Made by a program: the position numbers and the translations under genes
Notes under the pieces: model-generated
What the model saw: only the letters and a program-made list of their open reading frames with translations
What the model was told of the DNA's origin: nothing
Databases searched by the model: none
Shown: one piece after another, positions 56,009 to 64,000 of the stretch
How the letters are laid out: each line of letters opens with the position of its first letter
Position numbering within the stretch: the first letter of the stretch is position 1
Source of the DNA: a phage
NCBI GenBank assembly: GCA_012813795.1
Contig: GCA_012813795.1_4087.1
Length of the DNA: 64,000 nt
Direction: 5' to 3' (one strand)

Positions 56009-56583
56009 AATTCTATCCCCGTGTCGGTTAATTTTGCCCCGTCCATGTACCTGACAGTTATTTCAATACGACTCTCGGTACTCAATTTCTGAAGTTCACT
56101 GTAGTACAATTTAAATTCTTCAAAGAACTCAAACGGTGGAATATCGAATAGAGTACTCATCTGGAAGTGCTCAGGTAAGCCAAAATCTAATATATTAATC
56201 TTAGGAATAAGACCATCTGATGCTGCACCTTCAGGTGTACTGCTATCTGCTATATAAAACATAGAATCACCATGACGCTGGATAACGAATATACAATCAT
56301 CTTCAGTTACATAAATTATATTTCCTAGGTATGGATCATTATCACACCACTCATCATGGACGAGTTCTTCAACTTGAAGTAAATCTTTTATAATTCCCTG
56401 CCCACTATCATCAACTCGAATATGTAAACTAGAATCATCTTTACTCAACCAGCGGTATCTGGCATCTGATTCTGATTCCATGAATGGATATTTGGAAAAA
56501 TCCATATCAGTACCGTTATAATACCAATTGTACCACTCATTACGCATAGTAATCAGCTTAGTACTTAATTCTACAATATTCAT
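56005..56583 (-). CDS. hypothetical protein
   Basis: 192-aa ORF. Confidence 0.45.
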   Translation of the reverse strand: MNIVELSTKLITMRNEWYNWYYNGTDMDFSKYPFMESESDARYRWLSKDDSSLHIRVDDSGQGIIKDLLQVEELVHDEWCDNDPYLGNIIYVTEDDCIFVIQRHGDSMFYIADSSTPEGAASDGLIPKINILDFGLPEHFQMSTLFDIPPFEFFEEFKLYYSELQKLSTESRIEITVRYMDGAKLTDTGIEF

Positions 56584-56879
56584 TTTAGTTTTAACCTTTT
56601 AGCAACATATTCTCTTAATTTTCCATCAGGAAGTTCTACTACAAAATATGGATGATATGTTAGTCTCAGTGTAACCCTTTTTATTACACCTCGGTCATAT
56701 GATATGGGAATTCCATAGGGATCATCAATTTCAACTTCCTTGCCATATAACATTGCATTGCAGGTATAGGTGTATTGCGTGAGTATACCGTGCATAGCAC
56801 TGACGGAACCACCACTGCTCCATCTGGCAGCATCTGCGAGCATTGTTATCGTACTACTAACTAATTGTATTTTGTCCAT
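56580..56879 (-). CDS. Small-protein paralog family member
   Basis: 99 aa; AMLYGKEVEI motif. Confidence 0.4.
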   Translation of the reverse strand: MDKIQLVSSTITMLADAARWSSGGSVSAMHGILTQYTYTCNAMLYGKEVEIDDPYGIPISYDRGVIKRVTLRLTYHPYFVVELPDGKLREYVAKRLKLK

Positions 56880-56922
56880 AATGTACCTACAAAAAAGACC
56901 AGCAATCCATGCTGGCCTGTAC

Positions 56923-57201
56923 TTATTTTAATTCTTTATACGTGTATATACCAACAGTATCATTTGAGAAAATAATATAAAAATACACACCATGTGTATC
57001 AAAATCAATTTCATCAATGATACCTGATTTATTCATTGATTTATGTGTAACTTCTTTATTAGTATAAAGTGGAATAAACTCAGAAGAAAAATCATCTATC
57101 AAAGCCCTTATATCGTCTATGTATGGTTTATTTTTAATATACATATCACCATAAAGTTCTAAAAGATATTCATATATCCACACATCTCTTTGTAAATTCA
57201 T
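56923..57201 (-). CDS. hypothetical small protein
   Basis: 92-aa ORF. Confidence 0.4.
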   Translation of the reverse strand: MNLQRDVWIYEYLLELYGDMYIKNKPYIDDIRALIDDFSSEFIPLYTNKEVTHKSMNKSGIIDEIDFDTHGVYFYIIFSNDTVGIYTYKELK

Positions 57202-57209
57202 AACTTACC

Positions 57210-57938
57210 TTAGAAGTAAATCATACCAAGTAATTCAGAATCATCAGGTCTGTTATAATCTTGCTTCTTAACTTTGAAGTAGAAAGACTCATGTTCTTCT
57301 AAATTATATCTCTTTTTAAGGCAACGTGTATAAGTTTGACAGTTAGGTGTGACCCATTCATAAATGTGGACACCATTCTCATCATAACCATTTACACTAC
57401 AACGATTGCCTTCGTGCTTTTTGTAGTTTTTACTCTTTTCAGTAAATTCACGAGCACATGTGGTATGTGGTTTTTTATAATCAAAAGGTACTTCAGTTAT
57501 ACGGAAATAATAGAAAAATTCGTCTTCATCATATCCCAAGAGCACTGTGTTAGTTTCACGTACATTGTAATGATTCTTACTTTTTGCTTCATTTTCGTAT
57601 ATATCTTTCAGTACTTCATCAAATACTACATCACTTGCAGCATTCGGGTTTGACACACCTGATACACGGCGTTCAATAATAAAATCGGTAAACTTACGTT
57701 CTTCTTCAATATCACCGTTCATATACAGACTAACAAACTTATCCTTGTATGTTTTGACTGAATATTGTTTACCTTGCACTTCACTGTATACATCAGCTAG
57801 TAAATTCTCTTGTCCGCATTGGACACCACTTACTGAATATGCAGTTGCATGTTCTGCCATTACGGATGTTAGCATTTGGAAATTTGCAATGTTTAATTGG
57901 TTTGCTAACTCGCTGGCAAATCTGATACGGTCAATCAC
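57210..57938 (-). CDS. hypothetical protein
   Basis: 242-aa ORF. Confidence 0.5.
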   Translation of the reverse strand: MIDRIRFASELANQLNIANFQMLTSVMAEHATAYSVSGVQCGQENLLADVYSEVQGKQYSVKTYKDKFVSLYMNGDIEEERKFTDFIIERRVSGVSNPNAASDVVFDEVLKDIYENEAKSKNHYNVRETNTVLLGYDEDEFFYYFRITEVPFDYKKPHTTCAREFTEKSKNYKKHEGNRCSVNGYDENGVHIYEWVTPNCQTYTRCLKKRYNLEEHESFYFKVKKQDYNRPDDSELLGMIYF

Positions 57939-57996
57939 TCTACACGCTCCTTGTGTTAGATATTATTCCATACCAACAATTATATCACTACTTATA

Positions 57997-58299
57997 CTAC
58001 TGTCCCGCTTTATAACAATAAAGATTCTCTAATTTGAAGTCCGCAAGGTCACATTCAGAACGTACTCGGTTCTTGTTCCAGTACAAAATACGAATCCTTT
58101 CATAATCACGATAAACACTAATAATGCTTTTGTGCTTGGATTTATAGTATTCCTGCACAGTCACAAGATACACGGTCCTCAATAAAGACTTAATGGGATA
58201 GGGCATATTCTGTGCTGTAGTAATACTATAAATCATCTTCATTGTTTCAGCAATAAGTACTTCATTTGTTTGATTTGTCATTGAAATCCTTACATACAC
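57997..58299 (-). CDS. hypothetical small protein
   Basis: 100-aa ORF. Confidence 0.4.
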   Translation of the reverse strand: MYVRISMTNQTNEVLIAETMKMIYSITTAQNMPYPIKSLLRTVYLVTVQEYYKSKHKSIISVYRDYERIRILYWNKNRVRSECDLADFKLENLYCYKAGQ

Positions 58300-58444
58300 T
58301 ATGTAAAGTAAATCCTAAACCTACACCTACGAATGGGAATAGTAAATTAATGTACCAGACATTCATTGTCGATAAGAAACAAATCCCACCTACTGTCAGT
58401 ACTGCAAGAGAAAAAAGACTCCAGATAAAAAATAATGTTCTCAT
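58262..58444 (-). CDS. Small membrane protein
   Basis: 60 aa, two hydrophobic helices. Confidence 0.35.
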   Translation of the reverse strand: MRTLFFIWSLFSLAVLTVGGICFLSTMNVWYINLLFPFVGVGLGFTLHSVCKDFNDKSNK

Positions 58445-58731
58445 AAAAAGGTTACCTCATCGAATGAAAAGTTTAAGTACGTTGGTGAATTTTGGTCTAA
58501 ACTATGAATGGTAATATGACCATTGAAATAAAAAGAAACATCTTCTACTTGAAGTTTTGGATATTTTCTAGTACTGAAATATCTTCCTACTACTAAGTCA
58601 GAAAACATATTTCTGTATTCTTGTGTTACGTTTTTGTATAGGTTATGTAGAGCACTTTCTTGTGAATCGAAAGTAATGGAATAATCTTTCACCAATATAG
58701 CATATGTTTTCTGTATTAAAATAATATTCAC
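58441..58731 (-). CDS. Small-protein paralog family member
   Basis: 96 aa; DLVVGRYFST motif. Confidence 0.4.
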   Translation of the reverse strand: MNIILIQKTYAILVKDYSITFDSQESALHNLYKNVTQEYRNMFSDLVVGRYFSTRKYPKLQVEDVSFYFNGHITIHSLDQNSPTYLNFSFDEVTFL

Positions 58732-58991
58732 AAATCACCTAAGATTTCAAAAATTATTGATACTGGGTATACTGGGTTATCAGTTGAAGTAATACATACT
58801 ATTAGTACGTTTTTTCCGGGTGCTATATCTTTTATCGTGAAATTAAAATCATTAAGATTCAGTGATTTTCCAAGATAATGTTCTTTTAAGGATTCAATAA
58901 AATAGTCCAGTACTGGATTATCTGCACCACAGGATAACTCAGTACTGGCTATCATTTTATATGTATGAACTATTAGTTCAGCTTTAGTCAT
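58728..58991 (-). CDS. hypothetical small protein
   Basis: Track ORF trimmed to ATG at 58991, which overlaps the upstream stop as ATGACTAA. Confidence 0.4.
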   Translation of the reverse strand: MTKAELIVHTYKMIASTELSCGADNPVLDYFIESLKEHYLGKSLNLNDFNFTIKDIAPGKNVLIVCITSTDNPVYPVSIIFEILGDL

Positions 58992-59184
58992 GTACACGCT
59001 CACAATTAAGGCAATAAATGCACTCAATGTCTGGTCGCCATGATTTATCAAAATCTTTGTGCTGTTCTTCAGTGTATTCCGCATCATCATTGATGGGAAA
59101 GAAATCCCCAGCACCAGTGGCCCAGTCTGAATCTAAGCGGAAACGAGCTAATTGAGTACTGTTACAATATGGACACTTATTCAA
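58984..59184 (-). CDS. Small zinc-ribbon protein
   Basis: CPYC ... CIYCLNC paired Cys motifs. Confidence 0.4.
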   Translation of the reverse strand: MNKCPYCNSTQLARFRLDSDWATGAGDFFPINDDAEYTEEQHKDFDKSWRPDIECIYCLNCERVHD

Positions 59185-59464
59185 AATTTATTCCTTCTAA
59201 CTGATATACGTTTAATGAAAATGACCCACTATTATTATCGCATCTGAAACACAGTGTTAAAGAACCATTAAAACTAACGACATCCGTACAGGTACATTTT
59301 TCACCATTGGATATGATAGATTTTCCTATATATAAATCTCTTACTATAGTACGGTAATGTTGCCATAAAAAATAATACACACTTTCATAGTACTCATCTG
59401 TTACATATGACAAGTATAAGAATCTATAAAATACTTGTATTTCCTTTAAGTTGTTTTTCATCAT
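59177..59464 (-). CDS. Small-protein paralog, member of 5-gene tandem array
   Basis: RDLYIGKSIISNGEKCTCTDVVSFNGSL aligns with the three genes upstream. Confidence 0.45.
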   Translation of the reverse strand: MMKNNLKEIQVFYRFLYLSYVTDEYYESVYYFLWQHYRTIVRDLYIGKSIISNGEKCTCTDVVSFNGSLTLCFRCDNNSGSFSLNVYQLEGINFE

Positions 59465-59724
59465 TTAAAATCCAGTAAATTTATACCAATGAAGTCCCCG
59501 TCTCTGCGGTAGAATTCTAAACGCAACCTACCTCTATGACTTACTACATCAGTACAACGATAGTTTTTATTATTTCTACGTATTGGAAGTCCTATAAAAT
59601 GATGTTGTATCTCAGATAGATAATTTGACCATATTTTATTATGTACTTCATAGTAGAAACCTAATTCGTTATTCATATCATCATATAAAAGTTGATACGT
59701 GAATTGTAAATCATGATAGTTCAT
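59461..59724 (-). CDS. Small-protein paralog, member of 5-gene tandem array
   Basis: MNYHDLQFTYQLLY ... HHFIGLPI ... RCTDVVSHRGRL. Confidence 0.5.
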   Translation of the reverse strand: MNYHDLQFTYQLLYDDMNNELGFYYEVHNKIWSNYLSEIQHHFIGLPIRRNNKNYRCTDVVSHRGRLRLEFYRRDGDFIGINLLDFK

Positions 59725-59996
59725 AGGTACTCCAAATCAACAAATCCGCTTTTCGCCTTTTCATTGTTATAGTAAATTCCAACAAGACTTCCATTATAAC
59801 TTTTAATTCTGATAATACGTACAGTCATGTCGTCAATCATATATTCTTTATCAACAAAAATCTCGTTAATCATTGCCAAATATTCACACCACAATGTAAG
59901 AAAAAAATCTCGTTCATCGTAAGTTAATATTCCTTCACCACGTTCATATTGTTCATGAAGAATTTTGTACGTGAATTGTAAATCCTTATAATTCAT
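59721..59996 (-). CDS. Small-protein paralog, member of 5-gene tandem array
   Basis: Trimmed to ATG at 59996 so protein begins MNYKDLQFTYKIL like its neighbours. Confidence 0.45.
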   Translation of the reverse strand: MNYKDLQFTYKILHEQYERGEGILTYDERDFFLTLWCEYLAMINEIFVDKEYMIDDMTVRIIRIKSYNGSLVGIYYNNEKAKSGFVDLEYL

Positions 59997-60252
59997 AGAT
60001 ATAAATCTCATGTAATCCATCACTAGAATCTCTACCCCTGAAGCATAGATCCCCGTTGTAACTATCAACTTGAAATATTTTTACTGTTTTACCTTCGTAT
60101 TGAATTATAGTACCTATAAAATGTTCACGTAAAGATTTTATATAATCACTCCACAAACGATGATAAAATGCATTATCCATGCAGTTGTTATCAGCGTAAC
60201 GATACATATAAAATGTTAGTTTATAGGTGAAATGTAAATCCTTATAATTCAT
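59986..60252 (-). CDS. Small-protein paralog, member of 5-gene tandem array
   Basis: MNYKDLHFTYKL ... EHFIGTIIQYEGK ... VDSYNGDL. Confidence 0.5.
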   Translation of the reverse strand: MNYKDLHFTYKLTFYMYRYADNNCMDNAFYHRLWSDYIKSLREHFIGTIIQYEGKTVKIFQVDSYNGDLCFRGRDSSDGLHEIYIYEL

Positions 60253-60524
60253 TATAATATCTCTAAATTTATAGATTGTTGTCCAATAATAGAATCAGTA
60301 TAGAATAACACAATTTCACCACCTATACTATCAACGCGTGTTAGCTTACGCATTTCACCATCTATAAAGATTTCGTTAGCGTAAAAGTAATTTTGAATCA
60401 TTGTAAAATATTCATTCCATATAATATAAACTGGATTTTTATAAATGATAGGATTATGTACTTTACTTTCAATATATGTTTTGTATAAAGCTTTATATGT
60501 TCTATTCAGTACTCGATAATCCAT
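60252..60524 (-). CDS. Small-protein paralog, member of 5-gene tandem array
   Basis: MDYRVLNRTYKALY ... RVDSIGGEI. Confidence 0.45.
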   Translation of the reverse strand: MDYRVLNRTYKALYKTYIESKVHNPIIYKNPVYIIWNEYFTMIQNYFYANEIFIDGEMRKLTRVDSIGGEIVLFYTDSIIGQQSINLEIL

Positions 60525-60569
60525 TTACTTTTCCTTAAAAAGATGCCCGAACTAAGTCGGGCATAATTA

Positions 60570-61226
60570 TTATTCATCGTCGTCATCATCATCCAGTTCG
60601 ATGTAGATTTCACCATCATCGTCATCAAAGCTTTCAACGATAACACCTGGAATGTTCAGAGTACTGAATAATACGTCATATTTTTCATCTGAAGGAATTA
60701 AGACAAATTCTTCAATATCTTGAATCTCTGGCATCTTATCTTCAGGGATACCCATCTGAAGAAGTGATTGAACCATCTTTGCTTTGAATTCTTCAAATTT
60801 CTCTTTAGATGCAAAATCCATGATAAGTTGTGCTACATATCCATCTTCATTACCAAAAGCAATTGCCATTTGTGGATCTGTACCTACTAAACACCATGTA
60901 GTTTTTGCTGTGTTAGTTTCAATAAATTTATGAATTTCTTTGATTACATCATGTCTTGAACTGTTTACGATGCAATCTAGATTCTCAATGCCGTTCATAA
61001 TACCAGTACTGTCATTGGTTTCTTCAAACTCACCGAAGTCACCCAGAACATACTGTACACCATCATCATAAATGGAATATGCATAATCTAAATCAGCAAG
61101 AGAATCACATTTACCTCGAATTGGACGAAGGGATAGCCCAAGGCGTAGATAACGAAAATAAGTATTACTGTTTGTATTTGTCAAAATAGTTCTCCTTGGT
61201 GAGATAGAATAAATGATCACTTCCAA
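60570..61226 (-). CDS. hypothetical protein with poly-acidic C-terminus (start uncertain)
   Basis: Ends DDDDGEIYIELDDDDDDE; N-terminal part of track ORF overlaps upstream gene. Confidence 0.4.
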   Translation of the reverse strand: MEVIIYSISPRRTILTNTNSNTYFRYLRLGLSLRPIRGKCDSLADLDYAYSIYDDGVQYVLGDFGEFEETNDSTGIMNGIENLDCIVNSSRHDVIKEIHKFIETNTAKTTWCLVGTDPQMAIAFGNEDGYVAQLIMDFASKEKFEEFKAKMVQSLLQMGIPEDKMPEIQDIEEFVLIPSDEKYDVLFSTLNIPGVIVESFDDDDGEIYIELDDDDDDE

Positions 61227-61455
61227 GATAAATTATATATCCAGTATATGAAAGACTCGGTGATGACCTCACTGTACACAGTTTACCTTCAGTACTGTGC
61301 GAAGTCAAGAGTTTTTTGCATTCAGTACTGAAGCCATTGATACCACGGCATTTAATGTGCCATAGTTCTATACCGTCTAGTACTGAAAATGTTTCGTATG
61401 ATCCTAAAATACACTCATCCAATATGATAGAAGTGATATCATTTATTTCAGACAT
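61165..61455 (-). CDS. hypothetical small protein
   Basis: 96-aa ORF. Confidence 0.4.
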   Translation of the reverse strand: MSEINDITSIILDECILGSYETFSVLDGIELWHIKCRGINGFSTECKKLLTSHSTEGKLCTVRSSPSLSYTGYIIYLGSDHLFYLTKENYFDKYKQ

Positions 61456-61741
61456 GTAAATTGTCCAGTAAGTTGATTACATCATCGTGTGTAAGTTCAG
61501 TATCAGTACAAAGGAAGTTCATAATGAACTGCATTTGTGAATAAAGATTAGCGAGAAATTCAACTTCATCCAGACGATATGAATAACCCATTGGAACCAC
61601 TTGACATGTCCATTCACCTAGGGTTTTGTTCGCAACAACCGATACAATAGTGTTACCTTTGTATTCTACTTGGATATTACGATATCCTGAACTTTCATTT
61701 TGTTCCCATAGTACTGGGTTAGTTTTGAAGAGTACTGTCAT
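61448..61741 (-). CDS. hypothetical small protein
   Basis: 97-aa ORF. Confidence 0.4.
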   Translation of the reverse strand: MTVLFKTNPVLWEQNESSGYRNIQVEYKGNTIVSVVANKTLGEWTCQVVPMGYSYRLDEVEFLANLYSQMQFIMNFLCTDTELTHDDVINLLDNLHV

Positions 61742-62277
61742 GGTTCTTTCCTCATGTATTTTATTACATCTTTAAAAAGTTTTATTTTCAAGTCATTATC
61801 ATCACCTGGTAGATAAGAACTAAAGCTTTCAAAATCATCACGCTTAGCAAAAGAACGCATTTCAGTTGAACTGTACTTGCTAACGTTTCGGTCAATACCA
61901 GCTTGGATTGCTTTTATATTACGAAAATTATACAAGTTTCCATTGTATCTGTCAAGTACATTTTGAAAGTTTTCTATCCTGTCTGAACCACATATGAAAA
62001 GAACATCACTGTACTTACCATTCAATTCCTGCATAATATCAAAAAGATTATCTTCAGTACTGATGTTGTGTTGAATTCTTGGATAGAAACCCTCAGTGTA
62101 ATACATTTTCAATTCAGGTGGTAATGGATTCTTAATACAATCTTGTGTAGTACTAAGGTATATTTTTAAATCAGCATTGTATTGTTCTTTCATCGATACG
62201 GCTTTATCAAAAATTAACCCATGTCCCAAATGCACTGGATTTATACGTCCATACGTTACTATACAAGTGTCTTTCAT
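61738..62277 (-). CDS. HxGH-family nucleotidyltransferase, NMN adenylyltransferase-like (NadM/PPAT type)
   Basis: N-terminal YGRINPVHLGHG (GRxxPxHxGH) and later KYSSTEMR (ISSTxxR-like) motifs; 179 aa. Confidence 0.55.
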   Translation of the reverse strand: MKDTCIVTYGRINPVHLGHGLIFDKAVSMKEQYNADLKIYLSTTQDCIKNPLPPELKMYYTEGFYPRIQHNISTEDNLFDIMQELNGKYSDVLFICGSDRIENFQNVLDRYNGNLYNFRNIKAIQAGIDRNVSKYSSTEMRSFAKRDDFESFSSYLPGDDNDLKIKLFKDVIKYMRKEP

Positions 62278-62801
62278 ATATTCTTCATCACCTGACCGAG
62301 AGATTTAAGATAGTTGATTTTAGCTGGTGTTAAGTACTTATCCAGTACTATTAAACAGCTAGGGAATGGAGCACTATCAGTCTTTTTATCTGGTTCTTCA
62401 GGGATGCCAAATTTTAAACGTCCTTTAATAAAACAAATACAGTCACAAAGCTTAGATGCATATTCCTGAAATGCAATTGTATCAGTACGTGATGGAACAA
62501 GTATCAGTACTGTTGCACCATTATTATAAGCATCAACTGCCTTAGATAGCCAAGGTTTTAAGTCACTGTAAGGGGGATTTAACCAGACGATATTGTTTCC
62601 CCAATCCTGTGAAAGACTATCATCTTCCGGTGTAAAAAACTTGTCACATAATGCAGTTTCTTTAACACATGCTGCATCCAGTGTGAATTCCCAGACTTCA
62701 TCCAAATCTTCAAAGAATTCCTTTGGAGTAGTCCAGTTATCTTTTCCAGTACTGAAGTGTACCGAATGTTTGTTTTTTGTGGGATTATCCTTTTTCCCCA
62801 T
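62274..62801 (-). CDS. Phage-type DNA N6-adenine methyltransferase (Dam family)
   Basis: WTTPKEFF ... FTLDAAC ... VWLNPPYS matches the Dam motif pattern (DAAC, NPPY). Confidence 0.8.
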   Translation of the reverse strand: MGKKDNPTKNKHSVHFSTGKDNWTTPKEFFEDLDEVWEFTLDAACVKETALCDKFFTPEDDSLSQDWGNNIVWLNPPYSDLKPWLSKAVDAYNNGATVLILVPSRTDTIAFQEYASKLCDCICFIKGRLKFGIPEEPDKKTDSAPFPSCLIVLDKYLTPAKINYLKSLGQVMKNI

Positions 62802-62818
62802 ATCATTAAGTCCTTTAA

Positions 62819-63361
62819 TTATAGACAGTTCTGTAAGATATTATCGAACAGTTTACTGTCCAGGTTGTACTCATATAAAAATTTAAATCTAGAACCGTAC
62901 TTCATCATTATATTGAATGCTTCATCTTCTGCTAATACATAGAAGTTGAAGTCATCTACTGTACCATTGAACCCAATAAAATCCATAATTTCAATAGTAA
63001 CATCATGTCCTTGATGGAAGTACTTCACTGACAAAGGGAGTCCAAGAACACTATATTGTCTGGATTCCCCTTCTAATTTCCCATCTACTACATGGAATTT
63101 CCTTGATACTGTATTAGAATTATATCGCTCTTCTCCGTAATGTCCATAGCGAACAGAAAAAATTACTGGGTTTTTTGTAGGTCTACAAGTGATTTTTGCT
63201 AGTTCTACACCTCCCATGTACTCAACAATATGATTGATAGTTCCTTTTTCTTTTACTATTTTATATCCATCAAATGAATCTCTATCAAATTCTTCTAGTA
63301 CTTCAAATTCTTTTGATTTATAAATGATCTCTGTTGTTTTGTTCTTTGAAAATACAGGCAT
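62819..63361 (-). CDS. hypothetical protein
   Basis: 180-aa ORF; AAGGA upstream; lies immediately downstream of repeat element copy B. Confidence 0.5.
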   Translation of the reverse strand: MPVFSKNKTTEIIYKSKEFEVLEEFDRDSFDGYKIVKEKGTINHIVEYMGGVELAKITCRPTKNPVIFSVRYGHYGEERYNSNTVSRKFHVVDGKLEGESRQYSVLGLPLSVKYFHQGHDVTIEIMDFIGFNGTVDDFNFYVLAEDEAFNIMMKYGSRFKFLYEYNLDSKLFDNILQNCL

Positions 63362-63489
63362 TATTATTCCTTTTTAGGAAACATCAAATAATGTACTCGA
63401 TATTGATTTCGTTTGCACTCAATCAACATCAGTAGAATTAATTCATCGCTACGCTCTGAATAATTCTAATAGTACTAAATGGTTTTAAT

Positions 63490-63965
63490 TAATATTGACG
63501 AGGTTTGGAAGAGCATATTTCATCCCCCCACTGGGGGAAAGAATTAAAATTTGACGCTGGTGGTCTTCACATATTTCATATCACGAATTCTCTTAACGAG
63601 GCGAAAGCGGGTTGCTCTGTTTCTCTCTATCGCGGTTCTTGTAGCAACGGTCGTCGGTCTTAAACATCCCGACACATAATACGAGTACCATATGAACAGT
63701 ACTGGTATTTGATTTCACCAAATTTTGGACGCAACTATCTTGTACAAATAGTTGACCGCAATTTCTAATGAAATCTCCCTTAGCAAATCTGGTAAGGTGC
63801 GATCCTTATATGTCTATCTAGGAACTCTCTGTGTGCTTATCGGAGTTCTTTATACAGCCGCATTGCCGTGAGGGGTTCATAATATGCCCACATCTGACGG
63901 GTTTCATCTGCTGTTCGTACTGAAAGGACTACTCATCTACCCTCTACATTTTCGAGTGGATTAGG
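63490..63965. repeat. Direct-repeat element copy B: invariant cores at 63603-63633 and 63774-63809, GC hairpin at 63524-63538
   Basis: No ORF of 60 aa or more in 63362-64000; same block order, spacing and conserved terminal segment as copy A. Confidence 0.55.
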
Positions 63966-64000
63966 CTCTTAATCATTTCCATATGGAACCTTTCAGGATT

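Noticed and set aside
401-63965. The two direct repeats as attachment-site duplications bounding an integrated element
   Set aside because: The copies are hundreds of bp long and substantially diverged, no integrase or recombinase is present, and the gene content between them is ordinary lytic-phage metabolism and structure
1-64000. CRISPR array
   Set aside because: No series of short identical direct repeats with unique spacers was seen; the only repeats are the two long diverged elements and intragenic protein-domain repeats

Overview
The window looks like an AT-rich segment of a lytic, T4-superfamily-like myovirus genome, probably from a Gram-negative host; no integrase, CRISPR array, rRNA or convincing tRNA was seen. 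Almost all genes lie on the minus strand and are tightly packed with overlapping stops and starts. All calls come from reading the translated ORFs and the DNA by eye; no database search or computation was run. Recognisable genes: anaerobic ribonucleotide reductase nrdD with activase nrdG and a GrcA-like glycyl-radical protein, dCMP deaminase, ATP-dependent DNA ligase, RNA ligase 1, polynucleotide kinase/phosphatase, ClpP, a PIN-PhoH fusion, Sir2-like and NMN-adenylyltransferase-like proteins, a Dam-type N6-adenine methyltransferase, two phosphoesterases, a spanin pair, an HNH endonuclease, and two large fibre-like paralogs. The most unusual features are: (1) a four-gene plus-strand cassette of giant Ig-like repeat proteins (28139-37883) set against the minus-strand backbone; (2) two diverged ~500-bp direct-repeat elements at the window ends (401-950, 63490-63965) with invariant 31-nt and 36-nt cores at conserved spacing; (3) apparent strong over-representation of the palindrome AGTACT/CAGTACTG across the window; (4) an expanded family of about 15-20 small paralogous proteins between 46.5 and 60.5 kb; (5) a near-consensus FNR box at -41.5 upstream of nrdD; (6) an acyl-carrier-protein-like gene paired with a nucleotidyltransferase.
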